Below the pieces are notes generated by a model. The model was not told where the DNA came from. It did not search any database and saw nothing but the letters and a program-made list of their open reading frames with translations. A stretch of 63,734 nt of DNA, the filler included. It is 6 parts of 6 records of this genome, joined end to end, with 100 filler letters (N's around TTAATTAATTAA, not from the genome) between each part and the next. Parts side by side here need not be neighbours in the genome. Positions count along the whole stretch, not along the records: positions 32,241 to 45,783 come from DRR723986_5868; positions 45,884 to 56,223 come from DRR723986_5870; 4 more parts are not named here. One strand, 5' to 3'. Below, piece by piece: positions 39,904-49,504 of the stretch. Position 1 is the first letter of the stretch. Each line of letters starts with the position of its first letter. The position numbers and the translations under genes were made by a program.

Positions 39904-41154
39904 TTAATCCTCGGCCTCTTCCAACCGGGCCAGCACATCTTTCGCGCCCTGTTTCATCGCCGTATCCAAAGCGGCCAAAACCTCGTCCTCACTGTCGCCC
40001 AATAGCCCGCGCAATTCGCGGGGCAGGTGTTTGAGGACCAGATCCATCTCGGCCTGAACACGCGGATCATCCGCACGCAACGTGCCCGCCGACACCAGCG
40101 CTGCCATATCGCTCACCGCGCCACCCGTCGCGCGCGACTCTCCGGCGTGCAGATCGATTTCGATCTTATCAATCCACAACGTCCCAATCTGTTCCGCGAA
40201 ATTCTGCGCCTCGTTGCGCAACAAATCCGCATCCCGACTGGCCCGCCACGCCAAGGGCGACTGACCGACAAACATGGGCCGCACGATCAGGTTTTCGCCC
40301 CCATGCGCCTGCCGCGCGTCCCGCAATCCCTGTTTCAACGCCGCCACCAGATCGACCCAATCGGTGATCCCAGTGCACTCAATCGCCAGCCGCTCGAACT
40401 GCGCGACCGCCACCTCTTTCGCCTCAAGCCGCACGTCGCCAGCCTCATCCACACAGACCAACGTGACCGATTTCGCCCCGGCCTCGCCAATATCGCGCCC
40501 CTGCGGGATGCCGGGCATCACCACATGAGTTGCCCCCGGATGCACCGCGCGTTTGTGAATATGGCCCAAGGCCCAATAATCGAACCCGGTTTGCTGCAAA
40601 TCGACCAGCGAACAGGGCGCATAGGGATCATGCCCCGATGCCCCGTCCAGACTGGTATGCAGCAAGCCAATGTTAAAGGCGCCGGATACCGGCGGGGCAA
40701 AGTTGGGCAACAGGCTTTCGGGCGCATGGGGCAGGCGGAACGAAATGCCATGCACCGCAACCGCATGGCCACTCCACTCGGTCTCAACCACCTCTGCGCG
40801 CCCTGCAAACACCTTGACCGTATCCGGCAACACCAACTCGCGCGAGATCTTCGACGACGCATCATGATTGCCCCGGATCAAAAACGCCGGAATGCCCGCC
40901 GCCGCCAGCCGCTCCATCTCTTGCGCCAGAAACCGCGCGGTTTTCATCGAAGTCTGGCTGCCGTCATACAAGTCTCCGGCAATCGCCAGCGCCTGCACGC
41001 TCTCAGAGATGCACAAATCCACGATCCGCGACAGGGTGGTGCGCGTGGCATTGCCCACCAGCTCGGCCAAGCCCGCATCCCGCAACGCCAGCGATTTCAG
41101 GGGCGAGTCGAGGTGAACGTCAGCGGTATGGATAAATTTGAAGGCCACGGTCAT
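39904..41154 (-). CDS. YhaO/Mre11/SbcD-like metallophosphoesterase nuclease
   Basis: HTADVHL; AGDLYD; GNHD; LLHT; ALGHIH; PGIPQGR. Confidence 0.92.
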   Translation of the reverse strand: MTVAFKFIHTADVHLDSPLKSLALRDAGLAELVGNATRTTLSRIVDLCISESVQALAIAGDLYDGSQTSMKTARFLAQEMERLAAAGIPAFLIRGNHDASSKISRELVLPDTVKVFAGRAEVVETEWSGHAVAVHGISFRLPHAPESLLPNFAPPVSGAFNIGLLHTSLDGASGHDPYAPCSLVDLQQTGFDYWALGHIHKRAVHPGATHVVMPGIPQGRDIGEAGAKSVTLVCVDEAGDVRLEAKEVAVAQFERLAIECTGITDWVDLVAALKQGLRDARQAHGGENLIVRPMFVGQSPLAWRASRDADLLRNEAQNFAEQIGTLWIDKIEIDLHAGESRATGGAVSDMAALVSAGTLRADDPRVQAEMDLVLKHLPRELRGLLGDSEDEVLAALDTAMKQGAKDVLARLEEAED

Positions 41155-41255
41155 GTCCCGAAAAGAAATAGATTTGTGTCAGAGTGTGACGGCGCACAGA
41201 CCCTGTGGTCAAGCTGGGAATGCCCCAAAAATCAACCGCCTAGCCTCAGAGACGG

Positions 41256-42164
41256 TCATGGCCCCTCTTGCGGCAGGGCCAATTTGGACATGCTTTGGGA
41301 CACCTGCGCCAGAAACTGCTCGCCAATCGCCGAAATCGGACGCCCTCGCGCGGTCAGAATGACCACGTCCAACCGGATCTGTGGCTCAAACCGGCGCAGC
41401 AGATACCCCTGCCGATCATCACTGGACAGGGTGAATGGGTCCACCAATGTGACCCCCAACCCCTGTTTCACCATGTTCAGCGCATTGCGGAACAGATCCG
41501 TGTGGCAGCGCACCCGCATATTGGCCCCCTCCCGCTGAAACGCCTCGCGGGCACGGCGATTGACCATGTGATCGGCCCCCATGACGATAAAGGGCACATT
41601 GTCCAACAAGGCAGGGGTCAGCACCGCGTGCTTGGCCAAAGGGCTGTCGTGGGGCAGGGCGCACATGATTTCAAAGAAAAACGGGATCTGATCCAACCCA
41701 TCGTGGCGCACTGGTAGTTCGCAAATCCCGATCTCGAACAATCCCGCCATGACCCACTCTTGGATCTTGGTGGAATATTGGGATTGGAACGACACCGTCA
41801 GATTGGGTTTGCTCTGGGCAAATCGGGCGATCTCACCGGGCATGAACCCAAAGGCCATAGCGTGATTTGTCGCCACCTGTAGCTGCCCGGCCTTCTGGTT
41901 CTGTAAATCCACAACGGCCTGATTTACATGATCTAATCCACGCACAACCGTGTCGATCTCTTCGTACAGAACCATCGATTCCGGGGTCGGCAACAACCGC
42001 CCTCGGCTGCGCTCAAACAGCTTCAGCTTGGTCTTACGCTCCAGCTGGCCCAACAGGTTGGAAATCGCGGGCTGCGACACCCCCAATTGTTCCGCAGCAC
42101 CCGTTACAGTGCCGGTTTCGATGATGGCGTGGAACGCCTGATAATGACGAAAGTATGAGGACAT
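41256..42164 (-). CDS. LysR family regulator
   Basis: [29 protein letters not shown]; 302 aa from MSSYF. Confidence 0.93.
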   Translation of the reverse strand: MSSYFRHYQAFHAIIETGTVTGAAEQLGVSQPAISNLLGQLERKTKLKLFERSRGRLLPTPESMVLYEEIDTVVRGLDHVNQAVVDLQNQKAGQLQVATNHAMAFGFMPGEIARFAQSKPNLTVSFQSQYSTKIQEWVMAGLFEIGICELPVRHDGLDQIPFFFEIMCALPHDSPLAKHAVLTPALLDNVPFIVMGADHMVNRRAREAFQREGANMRVRCHTDLFRNALNMVKQGLGVTLVDPFTLSSDDRQGYLLRRFEPQIRLDVVILTARGRPISAIGEQFLAQVSQSMSKLALPQEGP

Positions 42165-42267
42165 ATCAGGCCCTATATCACCAATTCTGATACCTTGGCA
42201 AAATATTAGTATTGGAAATGATGACCTGAGTTGCGCAAGCTTTGTCCAACGTCGCTCAGGGGGAAAC

Positions 42268-43395
42268 ATGACGGAGCTATTGCAAACCATCACCGGATTC
42301 GATTTGTGGCACCTTGCCTTGCCGGTGGTGTCCGCACGGGATCACGGCATTGGCCGGGTCGAAGGATCGTGTGAGATTGTCGTTCTGCGCCTGACCGCCG
42401 AGGGTGGCGCACAGGGCTTTGGCGAGGCCTCGCCGTGGTCGGTGTTCACCGGCACGCCCGAAGCAACCTATGCCGCCCTTGATCGCTATATCCGCCCACT
42501 GGTCGTGGGCAAGCGGGTGGCCGACCGTGCCAAAATCATGGAACAGGCCAGCCGCGCCGTCGCCCATTGTACCGAGGCCAAGGCGGCGCTCGAGACCGCT
42601 CTGCTTGACCTGTCGGGTCACATCACCGGGCAACCGGTCTGGGCCTTTCTGGGCGGCAAAGCCCGCAATACCATCCCGCTCAGCTGTTCCATCGCCAACC
42701 CCGACTTTGATGCCGACATCACGCTGATGCAACGGTTGCGCGACGACAATGTGGGTCTGATCAAGCTCAAAACCGGCTTCAAGGATCACGCTTTTGACGT
42801 CATGCGTCTGGAACGCATCGCGCAGGATTTCCCCGAATTCAACGTCCGGGTGGACTACAATCAGGGCTTGGAAATCGAACAGGCCATCCCACAGGTGCTG
42901 GATGTGGCGCAGTTCAAACCCGATTTCATTGAACAGCCCGTCCGCCATCACCATTATGACATGATGGCCCAGTTGCGCGGCATGATGGATATCCCACTGC
43001 TGGCGGACGAAAGCGTGTTCGGCCCCGAGGATATGACCCGCGCCGCCCGCGAAGGCATCTGTGACGGTGTGTCGATCAAAATCATGAAATCCGGTGGCCT
43101 GACACGGGCCCAATCCGTGGCGCGCATCGCCGCCGCCAACGGTCTGATGGCCTATGGCGGTGACATGTTCGAGGCCGGACTGGCCCATCTTGCTGGCACC
43201 CATATGATCGCAGCCACACCGGAAATCACACTGGGGTGTGAGTTCTATCAAGCCAGCTATTTCTTGGTCGAAGACATCCTTGAAACCCCGTTTCACGTGG
43301 AAAACGGGCAGGTCGTCGTGCCCGATGCACCGGGTCTGGGCCTGCGCCCTGATCTGTCAAAGCTGGATCACTACGCCAAGCAGAGGTCGTTCTGA
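42268..43395 (+). CDS. Enolase superfamily, muconate-cycloisomerase (MLE) subgroup enzyme; substrate unknown
   Basis: GFGEA; KLKTG (KxK); VDYNQ, EQP, ADES metal ligands; [13 protein letters not shown]. Confidence 0.88.
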   Translation: MTELLQTITGFDLWHLALPVVSARDHGIGRVEGSCEIVVLRLTAEGGAQGFGEASPWSVFTGTPEATYAALDRYIRPLVVGKRVADRAKIMEQASRAVAHCTEAKAALETALLDLSGHITGQPVWAFLGGKARNTIPLSCSIANPDFDADITLMQRLRDDNVGLIKLKTGFKDHAFDVMRLERIAQDFPEFNVRVDYNQGLEIEQAIPQVLDVAQFKPDFIEQPVRHHHYDMMAQLRGMMDIPLLADESVFGPEDMTRAAREGICDGVSIKIMKSGGLTRAQSVARIAAANGLMAYGGDMFEAGLAHLAGTHMIAATPEITLGCEFYQASYFLVEDILETPFHVENGQVVVPDAPGLGLRPDLSKLDHYAKQRSF

Positions 43396-43409
43396 TGCGC
43401 TCTGTCTGG

Positions 43410-43925
43410 TCAATAGGCTGTCGCGGCGCGCGCCGCTTGGTCGTATTGGCCGGACATCAGCCGCAACAACCCCGAAATCCGGCCCAGCTGATCGGGGTCA
43501 ATCCCGACCTCTTTCATGTTTTCCAACAACAGCGTCTCGCGGATTTCACGATAGGTTTCGCAGGCCTGCGCCCCTTTGTCCGTCGCCTCAACCGTTTTTT
43601 CCTTGCCCAGACGACCCGCCGTCACCAACCCGGCTTTGGCAAGCTTCTTGATCGCATAGTTGACTGTGTGCGTGTCTTCGACGTTCAGAACCAAACAGAT
43701 ATCAGCCAGCTTTTTGGGGCGGTTCCGGTGGTGCACCGTATGCAGCACCAGAACGTCCAGCGACGACAGCTCAGGGTATCCGGCGGCGGCCATTGCCCGA
43801 ACGGTCCATCGTTCAAAAGCATGGCTTGCAATGATCAGTCCGAATTCAAATTCAGACAGTTCAGGAATCTTTCCATCGGCCAGATGAGCCGAGGACACGA
43901 TGGGACCAAGGGGAGCGTTTGACAT
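43410..43925 (-). CDS. MarR-like winged-helix regulator
   Basis: LSEFEFGL; KKLADICLVLNVEDTHTVNYAIKKL; YDQAARAA. Confidence 0.88.
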   Translation of the reverse strand: MSNAPLGPIVSSAHLADGKIPELSEFEFGLIIASHAFERWTVRAMAAAGYPELSSLDVLVLHTVHHRNRPKKLADICLVLNVEDTHTVNYAIKKLAKAGLVTAGRLGKEKTVEATDKGAQACETYREIRETLLLENMKEVGIDPDQLGRISGLLRLMSGQYDQAARAATAY

Positions 43926-43944
43926 GTCTCAAACCTACGGAACA

Positions 43945-43971
43945 TTGACAAAATGTCAACATTTTGTTGAC
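43945..43971. promoter_or_regulatory. Nested palindromic operator overlapping a TTGACA -35 box between divergent marR-like and dadA-like genes
   Basis: TTGACA-AAA-TGTCAA, ACAAAATGT-CA-ACATTTTGT and GTCAACA-TTT-TGTTGAC overlap. Confidence 0.7.
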
Positions 43972-44045
43972 GTATCGCAAATGTGTGTCACTCTGCACGT
44001 CATGGAATCGCGTTTTCTGCCTGCACGCGCAGGTCTGGAGGGGAA

Positions 44046-45308
44046 ATGACCCAAGAACCTAAAACCATAGCCATCATCGGCGCCGGGATTGTCGGGGTTT
44101 CCACCGCCATCTGGCTGCAACGTGATGGGCACAAGGTCGTGCTGATCGACCGCGCCGGCCCCGCCGAAGGAACCAGCTATGGCAACGGGGGCGTTCTGGC
44201 CTCCTGCTCAATCGTGCCCGTAACAGGGCCGGGTCTGCTGGCCAAAGCGCCGAAAATGCTGCTCAGCCCGAACCAGCCGCTGTTCCTGAAATGGGGCTAT
44301 GTGCCCAAATTGCTGCCGTGGCTGCGCAAATACATGAGCCACGCCAACGCCGCCGACACCACCCGGATCGCCAAAGCGTTGACGCCGATTGTGGGCGACG
44401 GCCTGAACGACCACCTCGCGCTGTCGGCTGGAACCGGCGCGGAAAAGTGGATCAAACCATCCGATTACATGTTCATCTACGATGATCGCGCGCACTTTGA
44501 GACCGACGCATTCGGCTGGAACCTGCGCCGCGAAAACGGGTTCACGTGGGAAGAGTACGAAGGCCAAGCTTTCCACGATCTCGACCCCGCCTTTTCACCG
44601 GATCTGAACTTTGCCACCCGGCTCAAGGATCACGGGCTGATCGCGGATCCGGGGCAATACGTTAAAGACCTCGCCACTCATGTCGAGGCGCAGGGCGGCA
44701 CCTTCGTGCGCGCTGACGTCACCGATATTGCCCGCGAAAACGGCCATGTCACTGGCGTGCGGGCCGGGGGCGAAACCATTGATTGCGATGCGGTCGTGGT
44801 GGCCACCGGCGTCTGGTCCGGGCCTCTGGCCGACATTCTGGGCCTTGATGTCCCGCTCGAGGCCGAGCGCGGCTATCATCTGGAATTCTGGGAACCCAAC
44901 ATCATGCCCAAAACCCCGGTCATGGTCGCGGGTGGCAAATTCGTCGCCACCCCGATGGACGGCCGCTTGCGCCTTGCTGGCGTCGTCGAATTCGGTGGGC
45001 TCGAGGCCGGACCCTCCAAGGCCCCACTCGACCTGCTGCGCCGCAATGCCGCCAAGGCCTTTCCGGGTCTGCGCGCCAAACATGTCACCGAATGGATGGG
45101 CCACCGCCCCGCCACCAGCGATTCGATCCCCGTGATCGGCGAGGCACCGGGGCTGAAAGGCGCGTTCACGGGTTTCGGACATCACCACATTGGCCTCACC
45201 GGAGGCCCAAAAACAGGGCGTTTGCTGGCCCAACTCATCTCGGGGCGGCAACCAAACGTTGACCTGAGCGCCTATTCACCGGCACGCTTCACGAAGGCCG
45301 GGCACTAA
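44046..45308 (+). CDS. FAD-dependent D-amino acid dehydrogenase-like oxidoreductase
   Basis: IIGAGIVG; TSYGNGG; ERGYH; WMGHRP..DSIPVIG; GHHHIGLTGGP. Confidence 0.9.
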   Translation: MTQEPKTIAIIGAGIVGVSTAIWLQRDGHKVVLIDRAGPAEGTSYGNGGVLASCSIVPVTGPGLLAKAPKMLLSPNQPLFLKWGYVPKLLPWLRKYMSHANAADTTRIAKALTPIVGDGLNDHLALSAGTGAEKWIKPSDYMFIYDDRAHFETDAFGWNLRRENGFTWEEYEGQAFHDLDPAFSPDLNFATRLKDHGLIADPGQYVKDLATHVEAQGGTFVRADVTDIARENGHVTGVRAGGETIDCDAVVVATGVWSGPLADILGLDVPLEAERGYHLEFWEPNIMPKTPVMVAGGKFVATPMDGRLRLAGVVEFGGLEAGPSKAPLDLLRRNAAKAFPGLRAKHVTEWMGHRPATSDSIPVIGEAPGLKGAFTGFGHHHIGLTGGPKTGRLLAQLISGRQPNVDLSAYSPARFTKAGH

Positions 45309-45347
45309 AGATCAGGCAATCCAACAGAACCACTAGGGAGAAGAACC

Positions 45348-45783
45348 ATGAAAAAACTTACGAAATTGCTGGCCGCCACGGCCCTGACTGCCGCGATCGC
45401 ATCGCCAGCGGCTGCCGAAGTCTGGGATATGCCCATGGCCTATTCGGCGTCCAACTTCCACTCAGCCACAGGCGCTGAATTTGCCCAGTGCGTCACCACC
45501 GGGACCGGCGGCGAAATCGAAATCAACACCCACCCGTCGGGCTCGCTGTTCAAAGGCGCCGATATCAAACGCGCCATCCAAACCGGTCAGGCGCCAATTG
45601 GCGAGCGTCTGCTCTCTGGTCACCAGAACGAAAACGCGCTGTTTGGCTTTGACTCGATCCCCTTCCTCGCGACCTCGTTTGATGACAGCGACAAGCTGTG
45701 GAAAGCAGCCAAGCCTGCGATTGAAAAACTGCTGGCCGAGCAGAACCTGACGCTGCTCTATGCCGTGCCATGGCCGCCACAGG
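45348..45783 (+). CDS. TRAP transporter solute-binding protein DctP family (3' truncated)
   Basis: Signal peptide; WDMPMAY..NFHS; HPSGSLFK; DSIPFLA; PWPPQ. Confidence 0.88.
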
Positions 45784-45883
45784 NNNNNNNNNNNNNNNNN
45801 NNNNNNNNNNNNNNNNNNNNNNNNNNNTTAATTAATTAANNNNNNNNNNNNNNNNNNNNNNNNNNNNNNNNNNNNNNNNNNNN
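45784..45883. other. Artificial contig linker
   Basis: N44-TTAATTAATTAA-N44. Confidence 0.99.
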
Positions 45884-45921
45884 GTACAATTGGAGTCGGC
45901 TGTTTCTTAGGAAGTATCACA

Positions 45922-47262
45922 GTGATGCGCAAACTTTTCGGCACCGACGGCGTCCGCGGACAATCTAACAGCTATCCAATGACGTCCGAGACGGTTTTAA
46001 AACTGGCAGCCGCGGCTGGACGCTATTTTCGGCGCGACCAGTTGGAGCATCGCGTGGTCATCGGCAAGGATACGCGCCTGTCGGGCTACATGCTCGAGAA
46101 CGCTTTGACTGCTGGGTTTACCTCAACTGGGATGAATGTGTTTCTGCTGGGCCCAGTGCCCACACCCGCCGTGGGGTATTTGACCCGATCGATGCGCGCG
46201 GATGTGGGTGTTATGATTTCGGCCAGCCATAACCCGGCGCATGACAATGGAATTAAGTTTTTCGGGCCTGACGGATTTAAACTCTCTGATGCTGCCGAGG
46301 CTGAGATTGAGCAACTCATGCAGGGTGACATAGCTCTGTCTCACCCGTCCAATATTGGCCGGGCCAAACGGATAGACGACGCAGGCGGCAGATACGTAGA
46401 GTATGCAAAAACCACCTTCCCCCGTAACTTGCGGCTAGATGGCTTAAAGATCGTTCTCGATTGCGCCAACGGCGCCGCATATAAAGTTGCGCCAACTGTG
46501 CTATGGGAGCTAGGCGCCGAAGTCATCCGCGTAGGCGTCGACCCAAACGGCACCAATATTAACCAAGACTGTGGCTCAACCCATCCGGAGCAAGCAGGGG
46601 CCAAAGTGCGAGAAACCGGCGCACATGTGGGCATTTGCCTGGACGGCGATGCTGATCGGCTCATTTTACTCGATGAAAAAGGCAGCGTGGTCGATGGCGA
46701 CCAGCTGATGGGGCTAATCGCCACGCGCTGGGCGCAGGAGGGGCGCCTGTCCCATAACACTCTCGTAGCTACCGTGATGAGTAATCTGGGGCTGGAACGA
46801 CACCTGAATGAACACGGCATAGCTTTAGAACGTACCTCCGTGGGTGATCGCTACGTGGTGGAAGCCATGCGTCGGCAGGGGTTTAACTTAGGCGGCGAGC
46901 AGTCAGGCCACTTGGTGATGACCGATTACGCCACAACGGGCGATGGCTTGATTGCCGCCCTGCAGGTGTTGGCAGCTATGGTGGAAACTGGACACACGGC
47001 CAGCCATCTAACCCAAGTGTTCCAGCCTGTGCCACAAAAGCTGCAAAATGTACGCTTTTCAGGGGAGAGCAATCCTTTGGAGGCGGACGAAGTGCAGCAG
47101 GCTATTGCACGAGGTGAGCAAACTCTGGACAGTAACGGTCGCCTTCTCATCCGCAAGTCAGGCACCGAGCCACTGATCCGCGTAATGGGCGAAGCCGAAG
47201 ACATGAACAAACTGGACGCCGTGATTGCCGACATTTGCAACGCGATCGAACGCGTTAGCTAA
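45922..47262 (+). CDS. glmM: Phosphoglucosamine mutase
   Basis: [44 protein letters not shown]. Confidence 0.97.
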   Translation: MMRKLFGTDGVRGQSNSYPMTSETVLKLAAAAGRYFRRDQLEHRVVIGKDTRLSGYMLENALTAGFTSTGMNVFLLGPVPTPAVGYLTRSMRADVGVMISASHNPAHDNGIKFFGPDGFKLSDAAEAEIEQLMQGDIALSHPSNIGRAKRIDDAGGRYVEYAKTTFPRNLRLDGLKIVLDCANGAAYKVAPTVLWELGAEVIRVGVDPNGTNINQDCGSTHPEQAGAKVRETGAHVGICLDGDADRLILLDEKGSVVDGDQLMGLIATRWAQEGRLSHNTLVATVMSNLGLERHLNEHGIALERTSVGDRYVVEAMRRQGFNLGGEQSGHLVMTDYATTGDGLIAALQVLAAMVETGHTASHLTQVFQPVPQKLQNVRFSGESNPLEADEVQQAIARGEQTLDSNGRLLIRKSGTEPLIRVMGEAEDMNKLDAVIADICNAIERVS

Positions 47263-47433
47263 GTGACATCACGGGCCTCACCTCAAAAAATCTGAGACCC
47301 AACACAAAGACCAACTTACCATAGGTCAGAAGGCGCGTCCTTGGCGCGCCTAATTTCATAGTAAAAAGATTTTATGTCTCAGAAATCTGTTTCTTGACAC
47401 AGGGACTGCAGTCTGAGAAACAAAGAGTGAACA

Positions 47434-47482
47434 ATGAGCGTTATGAGCGACTAAGTAGAGCATTATCTAAGTAGAGCGTCAT
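47434..47482 (+). repeat. Tandem direct repeats upstream of the hypothetical gene pair
   Basis: ATGAGCG twice (47434, 47443); CTAAGTAGAGCRTYAT twice (47451-47466, 47467-47482; 14/16 identical). Confidence 0.7.
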
Positions 47483-47526
47483 CCCTCCCGATAGGGGGGC
47501 CAACGTAACATTGTGGAGATCCTTCC

Positions 47527-48171
47527 ATGACAGAGACAAACACTGCCGCAGACAGCGGCCTGGTAACTTTTGCCGAATTTTTCGACGCAATTGCGGCACG
47601 CGCGACAATATACGGAGAAACGCGTGACGGCCATCGACAATTCCGAACAGCGTTGATGAAGTCGCTTACACCTTACACACCATACGAGCGCGCCGTGGCA
47701 GAAAACCTGGTCGCGATTGAATGGGAAATCTTGCAAAAGCGCCACATGCTGGATGCTATAAGGCGGGATGTGATTGAGGGTCTGCTTACGACACTCATAC
47801 TTAAGCATGCCGAGGAGCGCCACGAGCACGATCTCGATAAGGCATGGAGCGCGTTTGAGGCTGACGGGGGCTCTGAGGACGACTGGGACCCCGAGCCGTT
47901 TGACAAGGAAAGCGTGACAAGGGAGGCACGCGATCTGGCAAAAAACGCCCTCAGCAATGACTTGGAAGTCGCCATGGAGGCCTCTCGAACTTTACGTGAT
48001 ATGGGCGTCGACGCCGTGTTAGTGATGGCGGAAGCCCAGCTCAAACTTGGCAAGAGCGTGCTGAGGATAGATGAAGATATCCGCATCCTTGAGCGTCGCC
48101 GGCGCGAGGTCAATAAGGACTACAAGACGCTTAAAGCATGCATCCTCTACGCGCCCGCCAGGATACAATGA
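47527..48171 (+). CDS. Hypothetical helical protein (GE..L.P..PYE...ENLV..EWEI motif)
   Basis: GGAG RBS; 214-aa ORF; ATGA overlap with the next gene. Confidence 0.75.
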   Translation: MTETNTAADSGLVTFAEFFDAIAARATIYGETRDGHRQFRTALMKSLTPYTPYERAVAENLVAIEWEILQKRHMLDAIRRDVIEGLLTTLILKHAEERHEHDLDKAWSAFEADGGSEDDWDPEPFDKESVTREARDLAKNALSNDLEVAMEASRTLRDMGVDAVLVMAEAQLKLGKSVLRIDEDIRILERRRREVNKDYKTLKACILYAPARIQ

Positions 48172-48794
48172 CCCTGAGTATCACACGGCGCAATCAGGCC
48201 AACGCGCAACATAGCACGGGCCCAAAGTCAGAGGACGGAAAGGCGCGCTCGTCTCAAAACGCGCGCGCCCACGGCGCAACGGCGGCACCCAGCCCCTCAC
48301 ACGTAGCTGCGTGGCTGAGGGTGATCTTGAACAAAGACACCCTCGAGGAGCATGATCTAAAGCCAATAACGCGGGTGGGGCGATGCGCGTTAGAGCTTGC
48401 CACCGCGGAGGCACGCCTCGCAATCACCGAGCAAGCGCGTCGCGATCGGGGTGAGGAAGACTGGCAAGCCAAGACACTCACCTCTCTCGTGCGGGAAATT
48501 AGCAAAAGTCTCAGCATAATCTATGATGACCCTCCACCGGGTAGAGGCCGGAAATTCCGGAGCCCGGAGGAGGCGCTGTTGGAAGGGCTCAACGCGGTGG
48601 AGCGCCTAAAGCTGGCGGTGGATACGGTGGAAGCCGACAAACACCGGCTCACCTGGCGCTATCAGGGGGAGGCGCAAGCGACACGGCGGCGCGCTCTGTA
48701 CGCGTGGGGCAGCGCGCTAAAAGAAGACTATGAGAGCAGACAGAGGCCTCTATGCGAGGCTGAGATCCCGAAACGAACCCAAACACACGCCTAA
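48168..48794 (+). CDS. Hypothetical protein with N-terminal NxxNAxxSTGPxxxxGKARSSxNAxxHG motif
   Basis: ATG at 48168 overlaps the upstream stop; motif RNQANAQHSTGPKSEDGKARSSQNARAHG; C-terminal RY..EA..TRRRAL and PKRTQ. Confidence 0.8.
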   Translation: MTLSITRRNQANAQHSTGPKSEDGKARSSQNARAHGATAAPSPSHVAAWLRVILNKDTLEEHDLKPITRVGRCALELATAEARLAITEQARRDRGEEDWQAKTLTSLVREISKSLSIIYDDPPPGRGRKFRSPEEALLEGLNAVERLKLAVDTVEADKHRLTWRYQGEAQATRRRALYAWGSALKEDYESRQRPLCEAEIPKRTQTHA

Positions 48795-48838
48795 CGCGAT
48801 ACACTTTGCCAACACGATTTCCCGAAACGAACCCAAAC
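48766..48838 (+). repeat. Exact 19-nt direct repeat TCCCGAAACGAACCCAAAC, two copies, 35-nt spacer
   Basis: Copies at 48766-48784 (inside the ORF 3' end) and 48820-48838. Confidence 0.9.
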
Positions 48839-48946
48839 CACAACCCATAGGTGTATTCACCCCATAAACCTCCGATAACACATCCCCATGGCCATTCGGC
48901 CAAGCTGTGCTAAACATACATCCAGTAACCAGTAACAGTGCCTTTT

Positions 48947-49501
48947 ATGCCCCCCATGCCCCTTCCCGGCCTTGTGCATCACACACCCCGCCGCCATGGC
49001 GACCACCGTGGTTTTTTTGCGGAAACCTACAGCCAGCGGGCCTATGCGGGCCTGGGGGTGGATGCCACGTTTGTGCAAGATAACCACTCGGTTTCTGCGG
49101 CTGTGGGCACGGTGCGGGGCCTGCATTTTCAGGCGCCGCCACATGCGCAGGCCAAGCTGGTGCGCTGCGGGCGGGGTGCCATTTTCGATGTGGCGGTCGA
49201 TATTCGGCGCGGCAGCCCTACCTATGGCCGCTGGGCGGGCTATACGCTGAGCGCGGAGAACGGCGCGCAGCTATATATTCCCGTGGGTTTTGCCCATGGC
49301 TTTGCCACGCTCGCGCCCGACAGCGAGATTATCTACAAATGTAGCGATTATTACGCGCCAGAAACCGAGGGCGCGCTGCGCTGGGATGACCCGGATATTG
49401 GCATCAACTGGCCCCTCACCAGCGCCCCGGTGCTGAGCGGGAAAGACGCCGCAGCCCCGCTGCTGGCCGGCTTTAATAGCCCATTCACCTTTGAGGGATA
49501 A
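48947..49501 (+). CDS. rmlC: dTDP-4-dehydrorhamnose 3,5-epimerase (start uncertain, 48938-48956)
   Basis: DHRGFF; FVQDNHS; RGLHFQ; DVAVDIRRGSPT; GFAHGF. Confidence 0.95.
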   Translation: MPPMPLPGLVHHTPRRHGDHRGFFAETYSQRAYAGLGVDATFVQDNHSVSAAVGTVRGLHFQAPPHAQAKLVRCGRGAIFDVAVDIRRGSPTYGRWAGYTLSAENGAQLYIPVGFAHGFATLAPDSEIIYKCSDYYAPETEGALRWDDPDIGINWPLTSAPVLSGKDAAAPLLAGFNSPFTFEG

Positions 49502-49504
49502 CAG

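Noticed and set aside
40027-41538. 503-aa plus-strand ORF and other long antisense ORFs (17362-18105, 24762-25619, 30907-31887, 38746-39672, 42277-43296, 50386-51375)
   Set aside because: Shadow frames opposite well-supported genes in GC-rich DNA; no motifs
42268-43395. catB of the catechol pathway
   Set aside because: No catA, catC or pca genes adjacent; context points to another substrate
48766-48838. CRISPR array
   Set aside because: Only two 19-nt non-palindromic repeats, one inside a CDS, and no cas gene; kept as an unexplained repeat
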